This document shows positions 27,600 to 38,544 of a DNA stretch of 59,090 nucleotides, piece after piece (the stretch's first letter is position 1; every line of letters begins with the position of its first letter). The notes under the pieces were generated by a model that had not been told where the DNA came from, searched no databases, and saw only the letters and a list, made by a program, of their open reading frames with translations. This DNA is from Phycisphaerales bacterium (GTDB lineage: Bacteria; Planctomycetota; Phycisphaerae; WQYP01). Both the position numbers and the translations under genes were made by a program. The stretch lies in NCBI GenBank assembly GCA_027313145.1, contig DAHVEJ010000003.1:1-59090 (forward strand), in the 5' to 3' direction.

Positions 27600-30032
27600 A
27601 TGAAATTCAGGCATGGTGCATGGCGGTGGCGACCTGAGGTAACCCCATCCGTGGCCAAGAGACTTTATCGCCACCGTATTGAAAAAAATGCCGTTCGGCT
27701 CTGGACACTGGACCACGCCGGAACGCAAGGGGCTGATAGGTTTGAAGGAACGATTCTGGAATTATGTATTTCCTCTCCCATGCCTGATGTTGCGCGTGTG
27801 CAAATTCATCATCACAAACCAGCCGACGCGTTACCTGCCGGGTTTGATTTGGATTATCAGGCGGCCAGTTCCAATTGGGCGGTGAAAGATCAGCCGACGG
27901 AGATTCTTTTAACGACCGGTAATCTGACGGTCCGCATCGATAAAGAAAGTTGGGGCATGCACTTTCTGGACTCGCAGGGGAATGTCATTACCCAGGCCGG
28001 TCCTGAAAGCCTTGGATACATGCAGGTTCAGGCCTCGGGCGCGTTTATGATGCAGCGGTTGACCATGGCCGTGGGGGAGTGCATTTATGCGTTGGGGGAA
28101 CGCTTCGGCCCACTTGTAAAAAACGGGCAGAACGTGGTCATCTGGAATGAGGACGGCGGTACCGCCAGTGACTTGGCGTATAAAAACATACCCTTTTACC
28201 TGTCGAGCCGCGGCTATGGCGTACTGGTGAATTCGCCGGGAAAAGTGGATTTTGAAATTGGCACTGAGCGTGTCTCGCAAATGCAATTTAGCGTTCCCGG
28301 AGAGGCCTTGGATTATTACCTGTTCCATGGGCCGGACCTGAAAGACGTTTTAAGTAAGTACACCTTGTTAAGCGGACGTCCCGCGGTGCCGCCCGCATGG
28401 TCGTTTGGCTTGTGGCTTAGCACCTCGTTTACCACCCGATATGATGAGAAAACCGTGATGGAATTTGTCGATGGCATGGCCCGGCGCGGCACTCCATTAA
28501 GCGTATTTCATTTCGACTGTTTCTGGATGAAAGAGCGGCAATGGTGCGATTTTCAGTGGGATCGCACGGCCTTTCCCGATCCGGAAGGGATGCTCAAACG
28601 CCTGAAAGCCAAAGGGTTGAAAATATGTGTATGGATTAATCCATATATATCCCAACTTTCTGTGCTGTTTACGGAAGGGCGAAAAAATAACTATTTCATC
28701 CGCCGGCGGGATGGTTCGGTATTTCAGCGCGACGCCTGGCAGCCCGGCATGGCGCTGGTGGATTTTACCAATCCCGCTGCGCGACAGTGGTATTGCGGCA
28801 AGCTGCAGGCACTGCTGGACATGGGGGTGGACGCCTTTAAGACGGATTTTGGTGAATATATTCCAATCGATGGGGTTGAGTATTTTGATGGCTCTGATCC
28901 GGAAAATATGCACAACTATTATAGTTATCTGTATAACAAGTGCGTATTTGAACTGCTGGAAAAGCATCATGGCCAAGGCCAGGCACTGGTATTCGGCAGA
29001 TCGGGCACAACCGGCATTCAAAAATTCCCTGTATCCTGGGGCGGTGATTGCGAAGCTACGTTTGAATCCATGGCGGAGGATCTTCGCGGAGGCCTAAGCT
29101 TCTGCATGTCCGGCCCGGCATTTTGGAGTCATGACATCGGAGGATTCACGGGCAAAGCGGATGCGGGGTTGTATAAGCGCTGGATTGCGTTTGGGTTGTT
29201 GTCTACCCATAGCCGACTGCACGGATCGGAATCGTATCGGGTGCCGTGGCTGTTTGATGAAGAATCGGTAGATGTCATGCGGCATTTTACGGCGCTAAAA
29301 AATCGCCTGTTCCCCTATCTTTATTCCTCCGCGCAAGATGCCGCGCAATATGGTTGGCCGGTGTTGCGAGCCATGGTATTGGAGTATCCGGACGATCCGG
29401 CATGCCGATATTTAGACCGACAATATATGCTCGGTTCATCCCTGTTGGTTGCGCCGATATTCCGCGCCGACGGCGTGGCGGAATATTATCTGCCGCAGGG
29501 ATATTGGACCGATTTCCTGACCAACCGGGTGGTTGAAGGCGGCAGTTGGAGACGGGAAAAGATGAACTTTATGGAATTGCCGCTATTTGTGAAGGCCAAT
29601 TCCATTATCCCGATTTCCGGCGAAACGCAACGACCGCATTGGTCGTGTGGGGAGCCGTTAACGCTGGATATATTTGATCTGGATGTGGGCACCGAACTTA
29701 ATGTGCGTGTGGCGGCAGTCAACGCAGAGGAGGCGGTCTTTCATGTTCAGCGCCGACCCGGTGAGATTGTTTTCAAATCGGATGGCAAAGCGAAGTGTGT
29801 AAGCGTGACGCTGCGGCATTGCCGCGCCGTTAGGGATGTCATTAATGGCCGCGAGTCGGGGGAAACACCGGAAGGGTGGCGTGTTGAATGGCAGCACACC
29901 GGGGAGCCGTTGATTGTGGCATTTCCGGAATCGCTTGGTCACGCCGGGCATGGGACATCAGCCGATCGCGCAGGCACTTTGGCACCCGTGCGCCTGGGCC
30001 ATGGCCAAAATGGCGATTCCGCGCGGTATTGA
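27600..30032 (+). CDS. yicI: Alpha-xylosidase, GH31, cytoplasmic (YicI-like)
   Basis: MKF..G.W start, YKNIPFY, WSFGLWLSTSFTT, VFHFDCFWMK, FKTDFGE nucleophile, WSHDIGGF; no signal peptide. Confidence 0.93.
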   Translation: MKFRHGAWRWRPEVTPSVAKRLYRHRIEKNAVRLWTLDHAGTQGADRFEGTILELCISSPMPDVARVQIHHHKPADALPAGFDLDYQAASSNWAVKDQPTEILLTTGNLTVRIDKESWGMHFLDSQGNVITQAGPESLGYMQVQASGAFMMQRLTMAVGECIYALGERFGPLVKNGQNVVIWNEDGGTASDLAYKNIPFYLSSRGYGVLVNSPGKVDFEIGTERVSQMQFSVPGEALDYYLFHGPDLKDVLSKYTLLSGRPAVPPAWSFGLWLSTSFTTRYDEKTVMEFVDGMARRGTPLSVFHFDCFWMKERQWCDFQWDRTAFPDPEGMLKRLKAKGLKICVWINPYISQLSVLFTEGRKNNYFIRRRDGSVFQRDAWQPGMALVDFTNPAARQWYCGKLQALLDMGVDAFKTDFGEYIPIDGVEYFDGSDPENMHNYYSYLYNKCVFELLEKHHGQGQALVFGRSGTTGIQKFPVSWGGDCEATFESMAEDLRGGLSFCMSGPAFWSHDIGGFTGKADAGLYKRWIAFGLLSTHSRLHGSESYRVPWLFDEESVDVMRHFTALKNRLFPYLYSSAQDAAQYGWPVLRAMVLEYPDDPACRYLDRQYMLGSSLLVAPIFRADGVAEYYLPQGYWTDFLTNRVVEGGSWRREKMNFMELPLFVKANSIIPISGETQRPHWSCGEPLTLDIFDLDVGTELNVRVAAVNAEEAVFHVQRRPGEIVFKSDGKAKCVSVTLRHCRAVRDVINGRESGETPEGWRVEWQHTGEPLIVAFPESLGHAGHGTSADRAGTLAPVRLGHGQNGDSARY

Positions 30033-30100
30033 TTATCGCAAGCTGATCGTATTTTACAGTTATTATCATTTATATTGAGATCCGTTCAGAGGATAGTGCG

Positions 30101-32371
30101 ATGGCGAAATTCAGATGTTCCTTGGAAAGCAGACCGGCGGCCGGTTTTTCTCGCCGGAAAGTATTGGCTTCAGCCACTGCGATCGCCGCAGGGCAGGCTT
30201 TCGGCCTTTTCGACCGTTCCGTAACTTTGCCCGCGCGAGGCGCGGATGCTATGGCGGTTCCGAATTCATCCGGATATCGCTGGACCAATGTTGCCATCCA
30301 TGGCGGTGGATTTGTTGTGGGAATTATTCCGCACCCCACGGTGCGCGGGCTGATCTATGCCCGCACGGATGTGGGCGGGGCGTATCGTCTGGATCCCGGC
30401 AGCGATCGCTGGACGCCCATTACGGATTGGGTTGGTGGGCCGGATTGGTATTTATCCGGGATTGAGAGCGTTGCCGTGGATCCAACCGATCCAAGCCGCG
30501 TGTATATCGCCGCGGGCATGTACACTCAGCCGTGGGCCAAACCTGGAGCCATTTTACGTTCAATGGATCAGGGGAAAACGTGGCAAAAAACCAATTTGCC
30601 CATCAAACTTGGGGGAAACGAAGCCGGACGATTTAATGGTGAGCGCCTGGCGGTGGATCCCCACGCGCCGGCCACGCTTTTTTTCGGCTCCCGGCTCAAT
30701 GGTCTGTGGAAAAGTCGGGACCACGGCGAATCCTGGCATCAGGTAAAAAGTTTTCCACTTCCGCAGGATACCGGCGGAGTGGGCACGGTTTTCGTCATTT
30801 ATGACACCCGCAGCGACAACCCCGGCCACCCTACGCCGATCATCTACGCCGGGGCATCAACACCGCATGGCGGCATGTATCGCAGCACCGATGCCGGAAT
30901 CACATGGCATAAACTCGCCGGACAACCGCTTGGCCTGCGGCCCAACCACGCGGCATTAGCCGCCGATGGCTCACTTTACATCAGTTATGGCAAACAACCC
31001 GGCCCCAACAGTATGACCGATGGTGCCGTCTGGAAATTTAATACCCATGAAGGAACCTGGACCGATATTACACCATTATCCCCAAAAAAAGATCGGCGCA
31101 GTTTTGGTTATGGAACCGTGGCTATTGATGTAAACCATCCCGGTACCGTGATGGCCGGTACATTCTGCCGCTGGAACGGCGGCGACATTATTTTCCGTTC
31201 CACCGATGGCGGCAAACAGTGGAAGCCGATAAGCCCCAACCATGGCGGCATCTGGTCCGTGGAATCCGCCCCCTGGCTGAATTTTCATTCCGCGCATCCG
31301 ATGGTCACAAACTGGATCGGCAGTTTGCAAATAGATCCCCACAATTCCAATCGTGTGCTGTACACCACGGGGTGGGGCATATTTGAAACGACGGATGTCA
31401 TGGCGGCGGACTCCGGCTCTCCTACGCATTGGAAATTTTATTGTGATGGCGTTGAGGAAACCGTCGTCCTGGATTTAATCAGTCCACCCGCCGGAGCGCA
31501 TTTGCTGAGTTCTCTGGGGGATATTGGTGGGTTTAAGCAGGACAATTTACGGATATCACCTCCGGCCGGCATGTTAAATCCCAACTATGGCAGCAACACC
31601 TGCATTGATTTTGCGGAGCATGATCCATTATTTATGGTGCGCGCGTTCGGTGGCCAGCCTGTCAATGCGGCGTACTCTACGAACGGTGGTACAAGTTGGG
31701 TCCCCTTCAAGAACACTCCGCGGGGTGCAATGTACGGCAGAATTGCCGTTTCATCGGATGCCAAAGCCATTGTCTGGACCGCCGGGCAGGGACCTTGGAG
31801 CGGACCGGACCGAGTTGCTCATGTCACACATGATCGCGGTGAATCCTGGAAAGCTTGCCGTGGGGTACAGGCGGGCTGGCAGGTGATTTCCGATCGCGTT
31901 GATCCGCGGCAATTTTATGCGTTTAGTCCGCCGAAGGGCCGCGTTTATATAAGCGCGGATGCGGGCGTATCGTTTCATCGCATGGACAGACAGTTTCCGC
32001 GTGGTGGGGCTGCCCTGCGGAGCACGCCTGGGCGGGCCGGCGATCTGTGGCTGGCGTCCGCGCATGGGCTGTATCACTGCCGTGCATACGGTGCGGCGGT
32101 GTCAAAGATTTCCAACATTGATTCGGCCAGTCAGATCGGCTTTGGCCGTGCCGCGCCGGGGTTAAGTTACCCCGCCATATTCGTGGTAGGCCGCCTGAAC
32201 GGCGTTTATGGCTTTTACCGATCCGATGATGCCGGTGCCAACTGGGTGCGCATCAACGATTATCAGCACCAGTTTTTCACCATTAATGCCATTACCGGCG
32301 ATCCCCGTATTTATGGCCGCGTGTATCTCGCAACCAGTGGCCGCGGGATTATTTATGGTGATCGGGTATAG
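30101..32371 (+). CDS. Tat-exported xyloglucanase, GH74
   Basis: SRRKVL twin-arginine leader; GGGFVVG, YARTDVGGAYR and LGDIGGF catalytic Asp motifs, BNR repeats, GRGIIYGD. Confidence 0.92.
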   Translation: MAKFRCSLESRPAAGFSRRKVLASATAIAAGQAFGLFDRSVTLPARGADAMAVPNSSGYRWTNVAIHGGGFVVGIIPHPTVRGLIYARTDVGGAYRLDPGSDRWTPITDWVGGPDWYLSGIESVAVDPTDPSRVYIAAGMYTQPWAKPGAILRSMDQGKTWQKTNLPIKLGGNEAGRFNGERLAVDPHAPATLFFGSRLNGLWKSRDHGESWHQVKSFPLPQDTGGVGTVFVIYDTRSDNPGHPTPIIYAGASTPHGGMYRSTDAGITWHKLAGQPLGLRPNHAALAADGSLYISYGKQPGPNSMTDGAVWKFNTHEGTWTDITPLSPKKDRRSFGYGTVAIDVNHPGTVMAGTFCRWNGGDIIFRSTDGGKQWKPISPNHGGIWSVESAPWLNFHSAHPMVTNWIGSLQIDPHNSNRVLYTTGWGIFETTDVMAADSGSPTHWKFYCDGVEETVVLDLISPPAGAHLLSSLGDIGGFKQDNLRISPPAGMLNPNYGSNTCIDFAEHDPLFMVRAFGGQPVNAAYSTNGGTSWVPFKNTPRGAMYGRIAVSSDAKAIVWTAGQGPWSGPDRVAHVTHDRGESWKACRGVQAGWQVISDRVDPRQFYAFSPPKGRVYISADAGVSFHRMDRQFPRGGAALRSTPGRAGDLWLASAHGLYHCRAYGAAVSKISNIDSASQIGFGRAAPGLSYPAIFVVGRLNGVYGFYRSDDAGANWVRINDYQHQFFTINAITGDPRIYGRVYLATSGRGIIYGDRV

Positions 32372-32611
32372 GAACAGACCACGCTACGGCTGTCGCGGAT
32401 CCCATTTGTCCCGTCCGCCGAGAAAGTTCTCAGCACTGCACGTTCTGACCTGCCGATCGGTTGAGCGACTATGTGCCGCCTTCCTTCGTCGCGGCTAATT
32501 CTGCAATAGATTCAACTGAAAGTATACAGGCAAGAGTTTTCAAGTTCGGCCAATCATCGTAGCATCTAAATAGTCTGAATTGGCGGACGTGTATTTTCAG
32601 GAGTTCAATCA

Positions 32612-33949
32612 ATGGCATCACTTCGTTCCACCGGCGCGGCGGCATTCGGCTTCTGTCTGGCACTTTTAACGCTCCCCCTGGCCGCAGCCACCGCTGCTAT
32701 TGCCGCGCCGACTCCGGCATTGCCCGTCATACCCCACCGTGTTTTCAACATCACGCGATATGGAGCTTCAGCCGATAGCACGTTACCCGCGACAGTAGCT
32801 ATTGAGAAGGCGATTAGCGCCTGCGACCACGCCGGGGGCGGTACGGTGCTAATTCCGCGGGGTACATTTCTCTGCGGCCCGATTCGTCTGGCCAACCATG
32901 TGGATTTACGTCTGGCCAAAGGCGCACTGTTAAAAATGTTGCCTTATGGCAAATATCCCTTTATTCACGGCAGGTATCCTGATTTTATCCGCGCCTCCAA
33001 TATGCACGATATCGCCATCACGGGCCACGGTACCATCAATGGCCAAGGTGCCCCCTGGTGGGCTTTATACCGTCGCCGGCCCAATGGCACGGTCCCGAAA
33101 TTGCCGCACCGGCCTCAGATGCTTTCGATGAATAACATCACACGATTATTGATTCAGGGCGTGCGGCTGCAGGATCCCTCCAATACCCATATTTCCATTC
33201 AAAATGCCTGCAGGGACGTCACGATTGAACATATTATCATTCATACACCGCACAATTCTCCCAATACCGATGGTATTGACCTTTCCGGCCATGATGTACT
33301 GATCACGCATTGCCGCATTTCCGATGGAGATGACTGCATCGCCATTGGCGGAAGCGGACATCGCAGCCAGAGTCATTTTGAAAGCCAAAATATTGTCATT
33401 ACCCATTGCGCCTTTGGTTATGGCCATGGCATGTCCATCGGCAGCTTTACCAGCGGCGGAATTCGCAATCTGCTGGTGGAGAATTGCACGTTTAATCACA
33501 CCACCGCCGGCATACGCCTGAAATCCAATCTGGGGCGCGCGGGCATCGTGGAAAATCTTACCTATGAAAATATCACCATGCGTAATGTCCGTTGGCCGAT
33601 TTTTATTTCCAGCTATTATCCGCACGCACCGAAAAACTCCTGGCTTCAGTCGCCAAAGCCCATCGGACGTTACACGCCGATCTGGCGCAATATCCGCATT
33701 ATCAATCTCACCTCGCTCCACTCGCCGGTGGCGGGGCACATCATTGGAATGCCCGGTGCCCCGGTAGCCAACGTGCTTTTGCGTAACGTGCATATAAAAG
33801 CCAAAACCGGCATGATTATCGCGGACGCTCGCGATATACGGTTTCAAAACAGCGGCATAACCGCCACTCACGGGCCGGCCGTTCTAGTGCATGATGCGCA
33901 AATTACCGGGATCAGCGCCGCCGGAATGGCTATAGCCGCCACCCGCTGA
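32612..33949 (+). CDS. Secreted polygalacturonase-family enzyme, GH28
   Basis: Signal peptide; NTDG, GDDC, GHG and RLKS motifs. Confidence 0.93.
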   Translation: MASLRSTGAAAFGFCLALLTLPLAAATAAIAAPTPALPVIPHRVFNITRYGASADSTLPATVAIEKAISACDHAGGGTVLIPRGTFLCGPIRLANHVDLRLAKGALLKMLPYGKYPFIHGRYPDFIRASNMHDIAITGHGTINGQGAPWWALYRRRPNGTVPKLPHRPQMLSMNNITRLLIQGVRLQDPSNTHISIQNACRDVTIEHIIIHTPHNSPNTDGIDLSGHDVLITHCRISDGDDCIAIGGSGHRSQSHFESQNIVITHCAFGYGHGMSIGSFTSGGIRNLLVENCTFNHTTAGIRLKSNLGRAGIVENLTYENITMRNVRWPIFISSYYPHAPKNSWLQSPKPIGRYTPIWRNIRIINLTSLHSPVAGHIIGMPGAPVANVLLRNVHIKAKTGMIIADARDIRFQNSGITATHGPAVLVHDAQITGISAAGMAIAATR

Positions 33950-34058
33950 TATTTTACCGCGGGTCAATATTCGCATGCGACATTGTGTACAAGCGCCAGG
34001 GATTGTGAAATAGTGCGTGCCTCCAGGGGCCGAAAACATCTTATCACAGGAGGTATTC

Positions 34059-34400
34059 ATGACTCGTAAACAAAACCTGGCACGTCGGGACTTTCTGGAA
34101 CTTGCCCTGCTGACAGGAGCGGGTGCGACCATCTTATCAGAACAACGAATATTTTTTCGCGTGGGATGACCCTGAAGTTCGTTGCGGCGCGTATTTCGGC
34201 GTGTCATGGTGGTGGACGCACCTGAATGTTCCCGAATCGTTCACGGTAAAAAAGTGTTATTGCGCGTGCGCGGGGCATGGCAGCGCGCGGAAGTTTGTTG
34301 GATGGGCAATTGGATTTTTGTCCGCAGCCATGCCCTGTATGCCGGACTGCCTGTCAACTGTGCCATGAAAGGTGATTACCAGGTGCCATTTTTCAATGCC
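34059..34400 (+). pseudogene. Degraded Tat-exported GH2-like glycoside hydrolase (3' boundary approximate)
   Basis: AGGAGG, then MTRKQNLARRDFLELALLTGAG ending at an early stop; other frames carry YFGVSWWWTHLNVPESF and GKKVLLRVRGAWQRAEV, which together form a GH2 sugar-binding-domain motif. Confidence 0.6.
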
Positions 34401-34733
34401 GACGGTTTACTGCTTGGTGGGGACAACGTGGAGGTCGCCGCCGCCTACAGCCGGGATCATGTTCGCAACATCGGTGCCAAAGGCAAGGCGCAATTTTTCC
34501 TTGAATTTAGCGTTATTTCCATCTTTGGACCCAAAAAATACCACGCCTGCTGCCGAATAATGCCCCTAGTCGCTTGAAAGCCTTGGCGTTGGCGGGTAAT
34601 ATCTTGGGTTTACCGATGGGTCGGGAACAGCGGTTCCCGCCATCGGGCTGATGAAAAATCCGATGTCGATCTCCGGTGCGTGGTGCCTGGAGCGGATCAG
34701 GTAAATTCATCCGGCAGGCAAACGAGGTATCGC

Positions 34734-35018
34734 GTGGCAGTAAAAATTCGGTTAAAACGCTTTGGTCGTAAAAATCGCGCATTCTGGCGTATAAATGCGG
34801 TGGATCACCGCTCTCCGCGGGATGGCAAGGTCATTGAAGAATTGGGCTATTATGATCCCATTGCCAAAGACCCCGCACGGCGCGTGGTGGTCAACAAAGC
34901 GCGGGTAGAGCATTGGATTAAAGTTGGTGCGTTGCCCAGCGATACGGTGGCCGGATTGCTGAAAACCGCCACGGATTCGGGCGCAGCGGCGGCCAATCCC
35001 GCCGGCGTTTCGGCCTGA
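34734..35018 (+). CDS. rpsP: 30S ribosomal protein S16
   Basis: VKIRLKRFGRK...DHRSPRDGKVIEELGYYDP; GTG start after GAGG. Confidence 0.97.
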   Translation: MAVKIRLKRFGRKNRAFWRINAVDHRSPRDGKVIEELGYYDPIAKDPARRVVVNKARVEHWIKVGALPSDTVAGLLKTATDSGAAAANPAGVSA

Positions 35019-35068
35019 TTTGCTAAATCAGGGGCGTTGGTGGCTCGGCCGCATTGCGGGTTAAAACG

Positions 35069-35773
35069 ATGATGCGCGTCGATATCCTTACGCTTTTTCC
35101 GGAAATGTTTCCCGGTTTATTGGGAAGCAGCATTCTTAAGCGGGCTGCGGAAAAATCGCTGGCCCGTTATCATCTGCATCAGTTGCGGGATTACACCACG
35201 GATCCGCACCGAAAAGTGGATGATAGGCCTTTTGGCGGCGGCCCGGGTATGGTGCTGATGTGCCAACCGGTGCTGGATGCGGTATCGGCTATTGAAGCCA
35301 TGGATTCTGCACCCGCCACGCGGATTCTATTATGCCCGCAGGGCCGGAAAATGGATCAGGCTTTGGGGCATGAGCTGGCAGGCAAGCCCCGGCTGTTGCT
35401 GGTTTGCGGCCATTATGAAGGGTTTGATGAGCGGATCAGGCAGGTGCTTAATCCACTGGAAATAAGCATCGGCGATTATGTGCTGTCAGGCGGTGAATTA
35501 CCGGCCATGGTCGTTCTCGATGCGGTGATCCGTTTAATTCCCGGCGTGCTGGGCGATCACGCCAGCGCCGGGGCGGAATCGTTTGCGATTGCGGATGCGG
35601 AAATCAGCGGTGGATTGGAATATCCCCACTATACCCGCCCGCGAAATTATCAGGGCCTTGAAGTGCCGGAAATTTTAACTTCCGGCGATCATGCAGCCAT
35701 CGCCCGATGGCGGGCACAACAATCCAGGCAACGAACCGGTCAGCGTAGACCGGATTTATTGCCACCCCGGTGA
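35069..35773 (+). CDS. trmD: tRNA (guanine37-N1)-methyltransferase
   Basis: [50 protein letters not shown]. Confidence 0.98.
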   Translation: MMRVDILTLFPEMFPGLLGSSILKRAAEKSLARYHLHQLRDYTTDPHRKVDDRPFGGGPGMVLMCQPVLDAVSAIEAMDSAPATRILLCPQGRKMDQALGHELAGKPRLLLVCGHYEGFDERIRQVLNPLEISIGDYVLSGGELPAMVVLDAVIRLIPGVLGDHASAGAESFAIADAEISGGLEYPHYTRPRNYQGLEVPEILTSGDHAAIARWRAQQSRQRTGQRRPDLLPPR

Positions 35774-35856
35774 GGGGCGGAAAATAATGACCCCGCGGCA
35801 AATCAATGCCCCCGGGTAAACGGAACCGGGAATCAATATCCGAATTGGAGTTATCC

Positions 35857-36273
35857 ATGCGTAATGCACTACTTAGTCATGTTGAATCCAAACACCTGCT
35901 GGCCAAGCCGCCGCAATTCGCCATCGGCGATCTTGTGGATGTGCACTGCCGCATTGTGGAAGGTGACAAAGAACGTATTCAGGTTTTCTCCGGAACGGTG
36001 ATCTCGCGCAAAGGTGCGGGCATCAGCGGGACGTTTACCGTCCGCCGGATCGTCAACAACGAAGGCGTGGAACGTATTTTCCCCGTGCATTCTCCGAAAA
36101 TTGAAAAGCTGGAGGTGCGTCGGAAGAGCAAGATTCGCCGCGCTAAGCTTTATTATCTTCGCGATCTAACCGGCAAGGCCACCCGCTTAAAGGAGGGAGC
36201 ACCCATGGTTCCATCTGATAAGCCGGCGGAAGCGCCCGTTGCCGCCCCGGCCGCCCCCGCGCCACAGGCCTGA
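35857..36273 (+). CDS. rplS: 50S ribosomal protein L19
   Basis: EGDKERIQVF, FTVRRI, GVERIFP, RRAKLYYLR; ATG after GGAG. Confidence 0.98.
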   Translation: MRNALLSHVESKHLLAKPPQFAIGDLVDVHCRIVEGDKERIQVFSGTVISRKGAGISGTFTVRRIVNNEGVERIFPVHSPKIEKLEVRRKSKIRRAKLYYLRDLTGKATRLKEGAPMVPSDKPAEAPVAAPAAPAPQA

Positions 36274-36313
36274 TGAGCCGTTGCGATCCGACTGGGTTCA
36301 TGGAGAACCGCTC

Positions 36314-37084
36314 ATGCGAAAATGGATGTTCGGACTGGGAATTCTTACCACCATCGGTCTGATTTCAGGCTGTGCTGCGCCGCCCTCGCAAACCACGAGT
36401 TTGGCTTCGGGGTATCAGGCCTATCAGCAGGGACAATTTATGGCCGCCGAAACTACCGCGCGGGCCTATATTGCCCAGGATACCACCGGGCGGAATTTGG
36501 CCGAGGCATATTACCTTGCCGCCATTTCTGAAGAACACCAGGCTGAATTAGCTTTGGCTGCCCGGGATTACCGCTTGGCGATCAGCCATTCTCAACGCCC
36601 GGATCTACAGGGAAAATCTTACAAAGCGCTGGGTGATATTTCTTATGTACAGGCTCGGTTCAATCGCGCCGCCACGGATTATAGAAATTCGCTCTCTGTG
36701 GACCCATCCGCCCAGCCCGATCAACGAATGCTTTATCGCTTGGGAACGTCACTGGAAAATACCGGCCACTGGAATGCCGCCCGGCAATATCTGGATCAAT
36801 TAGTTGCTAATTTTCCGCAGTCGCCCTTGGCTAAAAGTGCTCTACAACGATTGTCCATGAATCACTTTACTCTGCAATTTGGTGCATGGAATAACGCTCC
36901 GGCCGCATGGAAGCAGGCGGCCGCACTGAAGGCACAAGGCTTACAGGCGGCGGTAATGCCGCACTTGGTTGCGGGCACAACCCTGTTTCTGGTGCAGGGT
37001 GGCGTCTACATGACCTATTCCGCTGCCATGGCCGCGCGCGGCACCGCCGCGGAGCGCATTCCTCAAGTGATCATTGTGCCATAA
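36314..37084 (+). CDS. TPR-repeat lipoprotein with C-terminal SPOR domain
   Basis: Lipobox LISGC; TPR helices ending in FPQSPLA; SPOR-like FTLQFGAW...LFLVQGGVY. Confidence 0.8.
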   Translation: MRKWMFGLGILTTIGLISGCAAPPSQTTSLASGYQAYQQGQFMAAETTARAYIAQDTTGRNLAEAYYLAAISEEHQAELALAARDYRLAISHSQRPDLQGKSYKALGDISYVQARFNRAATDYRNSLSVDPSAQPDQRMLYRLGTSLENTGHWNAARQYLDQLVANFPQSPLAKSALQRLSMNHFTLQFGAWNNAPAAWKQAAALKAQGLQAAVMPHLVAGTTLFLVQGGVYMTYSAAMAARGTAAERIPQVIIVP

Positions 37085-37259
37085 TGTTAAGGTACACCGC
37101 CACTTTTGAAGTAAGGCGGTGCATTTTTGAACTTATTTATTTTATATAAAACCGCAGGCCCCAAACGCTTGCAGAAGAATCCTACGCATCAATGCCCGCT
37201 TGGCCGGCATTGAAAAATTGGATCGCATCGCACAGCAGGGACTCATGTGGCGCAGTTGC

Positions 37260-37589
37260 TTAGGCGCTAAACGAGGAACCGCAGCCACAGGTGTGCGTGG
37301 CATTAGGATTCTTAAACACAAATCCGCGGCCCATGACTTCATCTTTAAAGTCAATTTCCGTACCATTGAGATACAAATAACTTTTCCGATCAGCCAGTAC
37401 TTTGACGCCTTGAGATTCCATGACTTCATCGGTTTCCACGGCATCTTCAGTTAAATCCAGGACATAGCTGAATCCAGAGCAGCCGCCGCCCTTGACGCCC
37501 ACGCGCAAGGCCGCCCGCTCAGAAAGCCCCTGATCTTTGATAATGTTCTTGATTTCTCTCGCCGCTGTTTCCGTTAATGCAATTGCCAT
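37260..37589 (-). CDS. iscA: Iron-sulfur cluster A-type carrier (HesB/IscA/ErpA family)
   Basis: LRVGVKGGGCSGFSY, NPNATHTCGCGSSF. Confidence 0.93.
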   Translation of the reverse strand: MAIALTETAAREIKNIIKDQGLSERAALRVGVKGGGCSGFSYVLDLTEDAVETDEVMESQGVKVLADRKSYLYLNGTEIDFKDEVMGRGFVFKNPNATHTCGCGSSFSA

Positions 37590-37740
37590 CTTTTTGGACT
37601 CCTAAATAACACTTCAGTATTCTACGCAACGCGCCGCCCAAAGAAAAGCGACAGAGATTTTTCTGCCAGTTTTTCACGCTTGGGAATTTTCCCCGCAAGT
37701 CGTCGGTCTACACACCGCGCGACCATTGGTGATACTTGGA

Positions 37741-37868
37741 CACAAAGCAGGGATGGCGTAGCTACCGTCCCGGTGCGAGCCGGGATCCCGCCTGCTTTTT
37801 CGTGTCGCCGATGCTGGCAAGATGCCTGCGGTACGCTGCATTGCATCGCCTAATTGTCCCATTGAAGG
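37741..37868 (-). repeat. Dispersed ~125-bp REP/REPIN-like element, copy 1
   Basis: Reverse complement aligns along nearly its whole length with 54920-55038. Confidence 0.8.
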
Positions 37869-37911
37869 ACAATCGGAGGATATATCCGGTAATCAACCGA
37901 ATTATAAGACT

Positions 37912-38439
37912 TCACGCCGTCAGTACCTGCAAAATGGATTTGCAGAATGCCGGCAGATCGTCCGGCTTTCGGCTTGAGACAAAATGTCGGTCCACAACGG
38001 CGGGCGCATCAATCCAAATACAACCCGCATTTTCCAGGTCGTCTTTAATTCCCGGTGAACTAGTAACGCGGACGCCCCGGTATACACCGGCAGAAATGGG
38101 AATCCAACCGCCATGGCAAATCGCGGCAACCAACTGCCCCTTATTGGCGAAGTGACTCACGAGGGATTTCACCTTGGGATCGCGGCGCAGTTTATCCGGA
38201 GCGAAACCGCCGGCGCAAACCACGCCGATAAAATCGTTGCCGTTTACATCCGCAATTGCCGCGTCAGATATTGCAGGATATCCGTGCTTCCCACTATAGG
38301 TAATCCCGGCTTTCGGTCCCGCCAGCACGACAGTCATGCCGGCTTCTTCCAGTCGGAGTTTGGGATACCAGAGTTCCAGATCCTCGTATATGTTCTCAAC
38401 AAACATGAGAATTTTTTTGCCGGTAATATTTGTGGGCAT
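37912..38439 (-). CDS. PfpI/DJ-1 family type 1 glutamine amidotransferase-like protein
   Basis: YEDLELWYP, GGFAPDKLR, AAICHG, SSRKPDDLP. Confidence 0.93.
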   Translation of the reverse strand: MPTNITGKKILMFVENIYEDLELWYPKLRLEEAGMTVVLAGPKAGITYSGKHGYPAISDAAIADVNGNDFIGVVCAGGFAPDKLRRDPKVKSLVSHFANKGQLVAAICHGGWIPISAGVYRGVRVTSSPGIKDDLENAGCIWIDAPAVVDRHFVSSRKPDDLPAFCKSILQVLTA

Positions 38440-38544
38440 CAGGCTCTCCTTGGAAATTGAGAGATCAAAAAGAGCAACCCACCGAAATTAACAATGGCGG
38501 GAAGCAAGCATGAAACGCCGCGAAAGACAAGAAACTTTCTTGCT

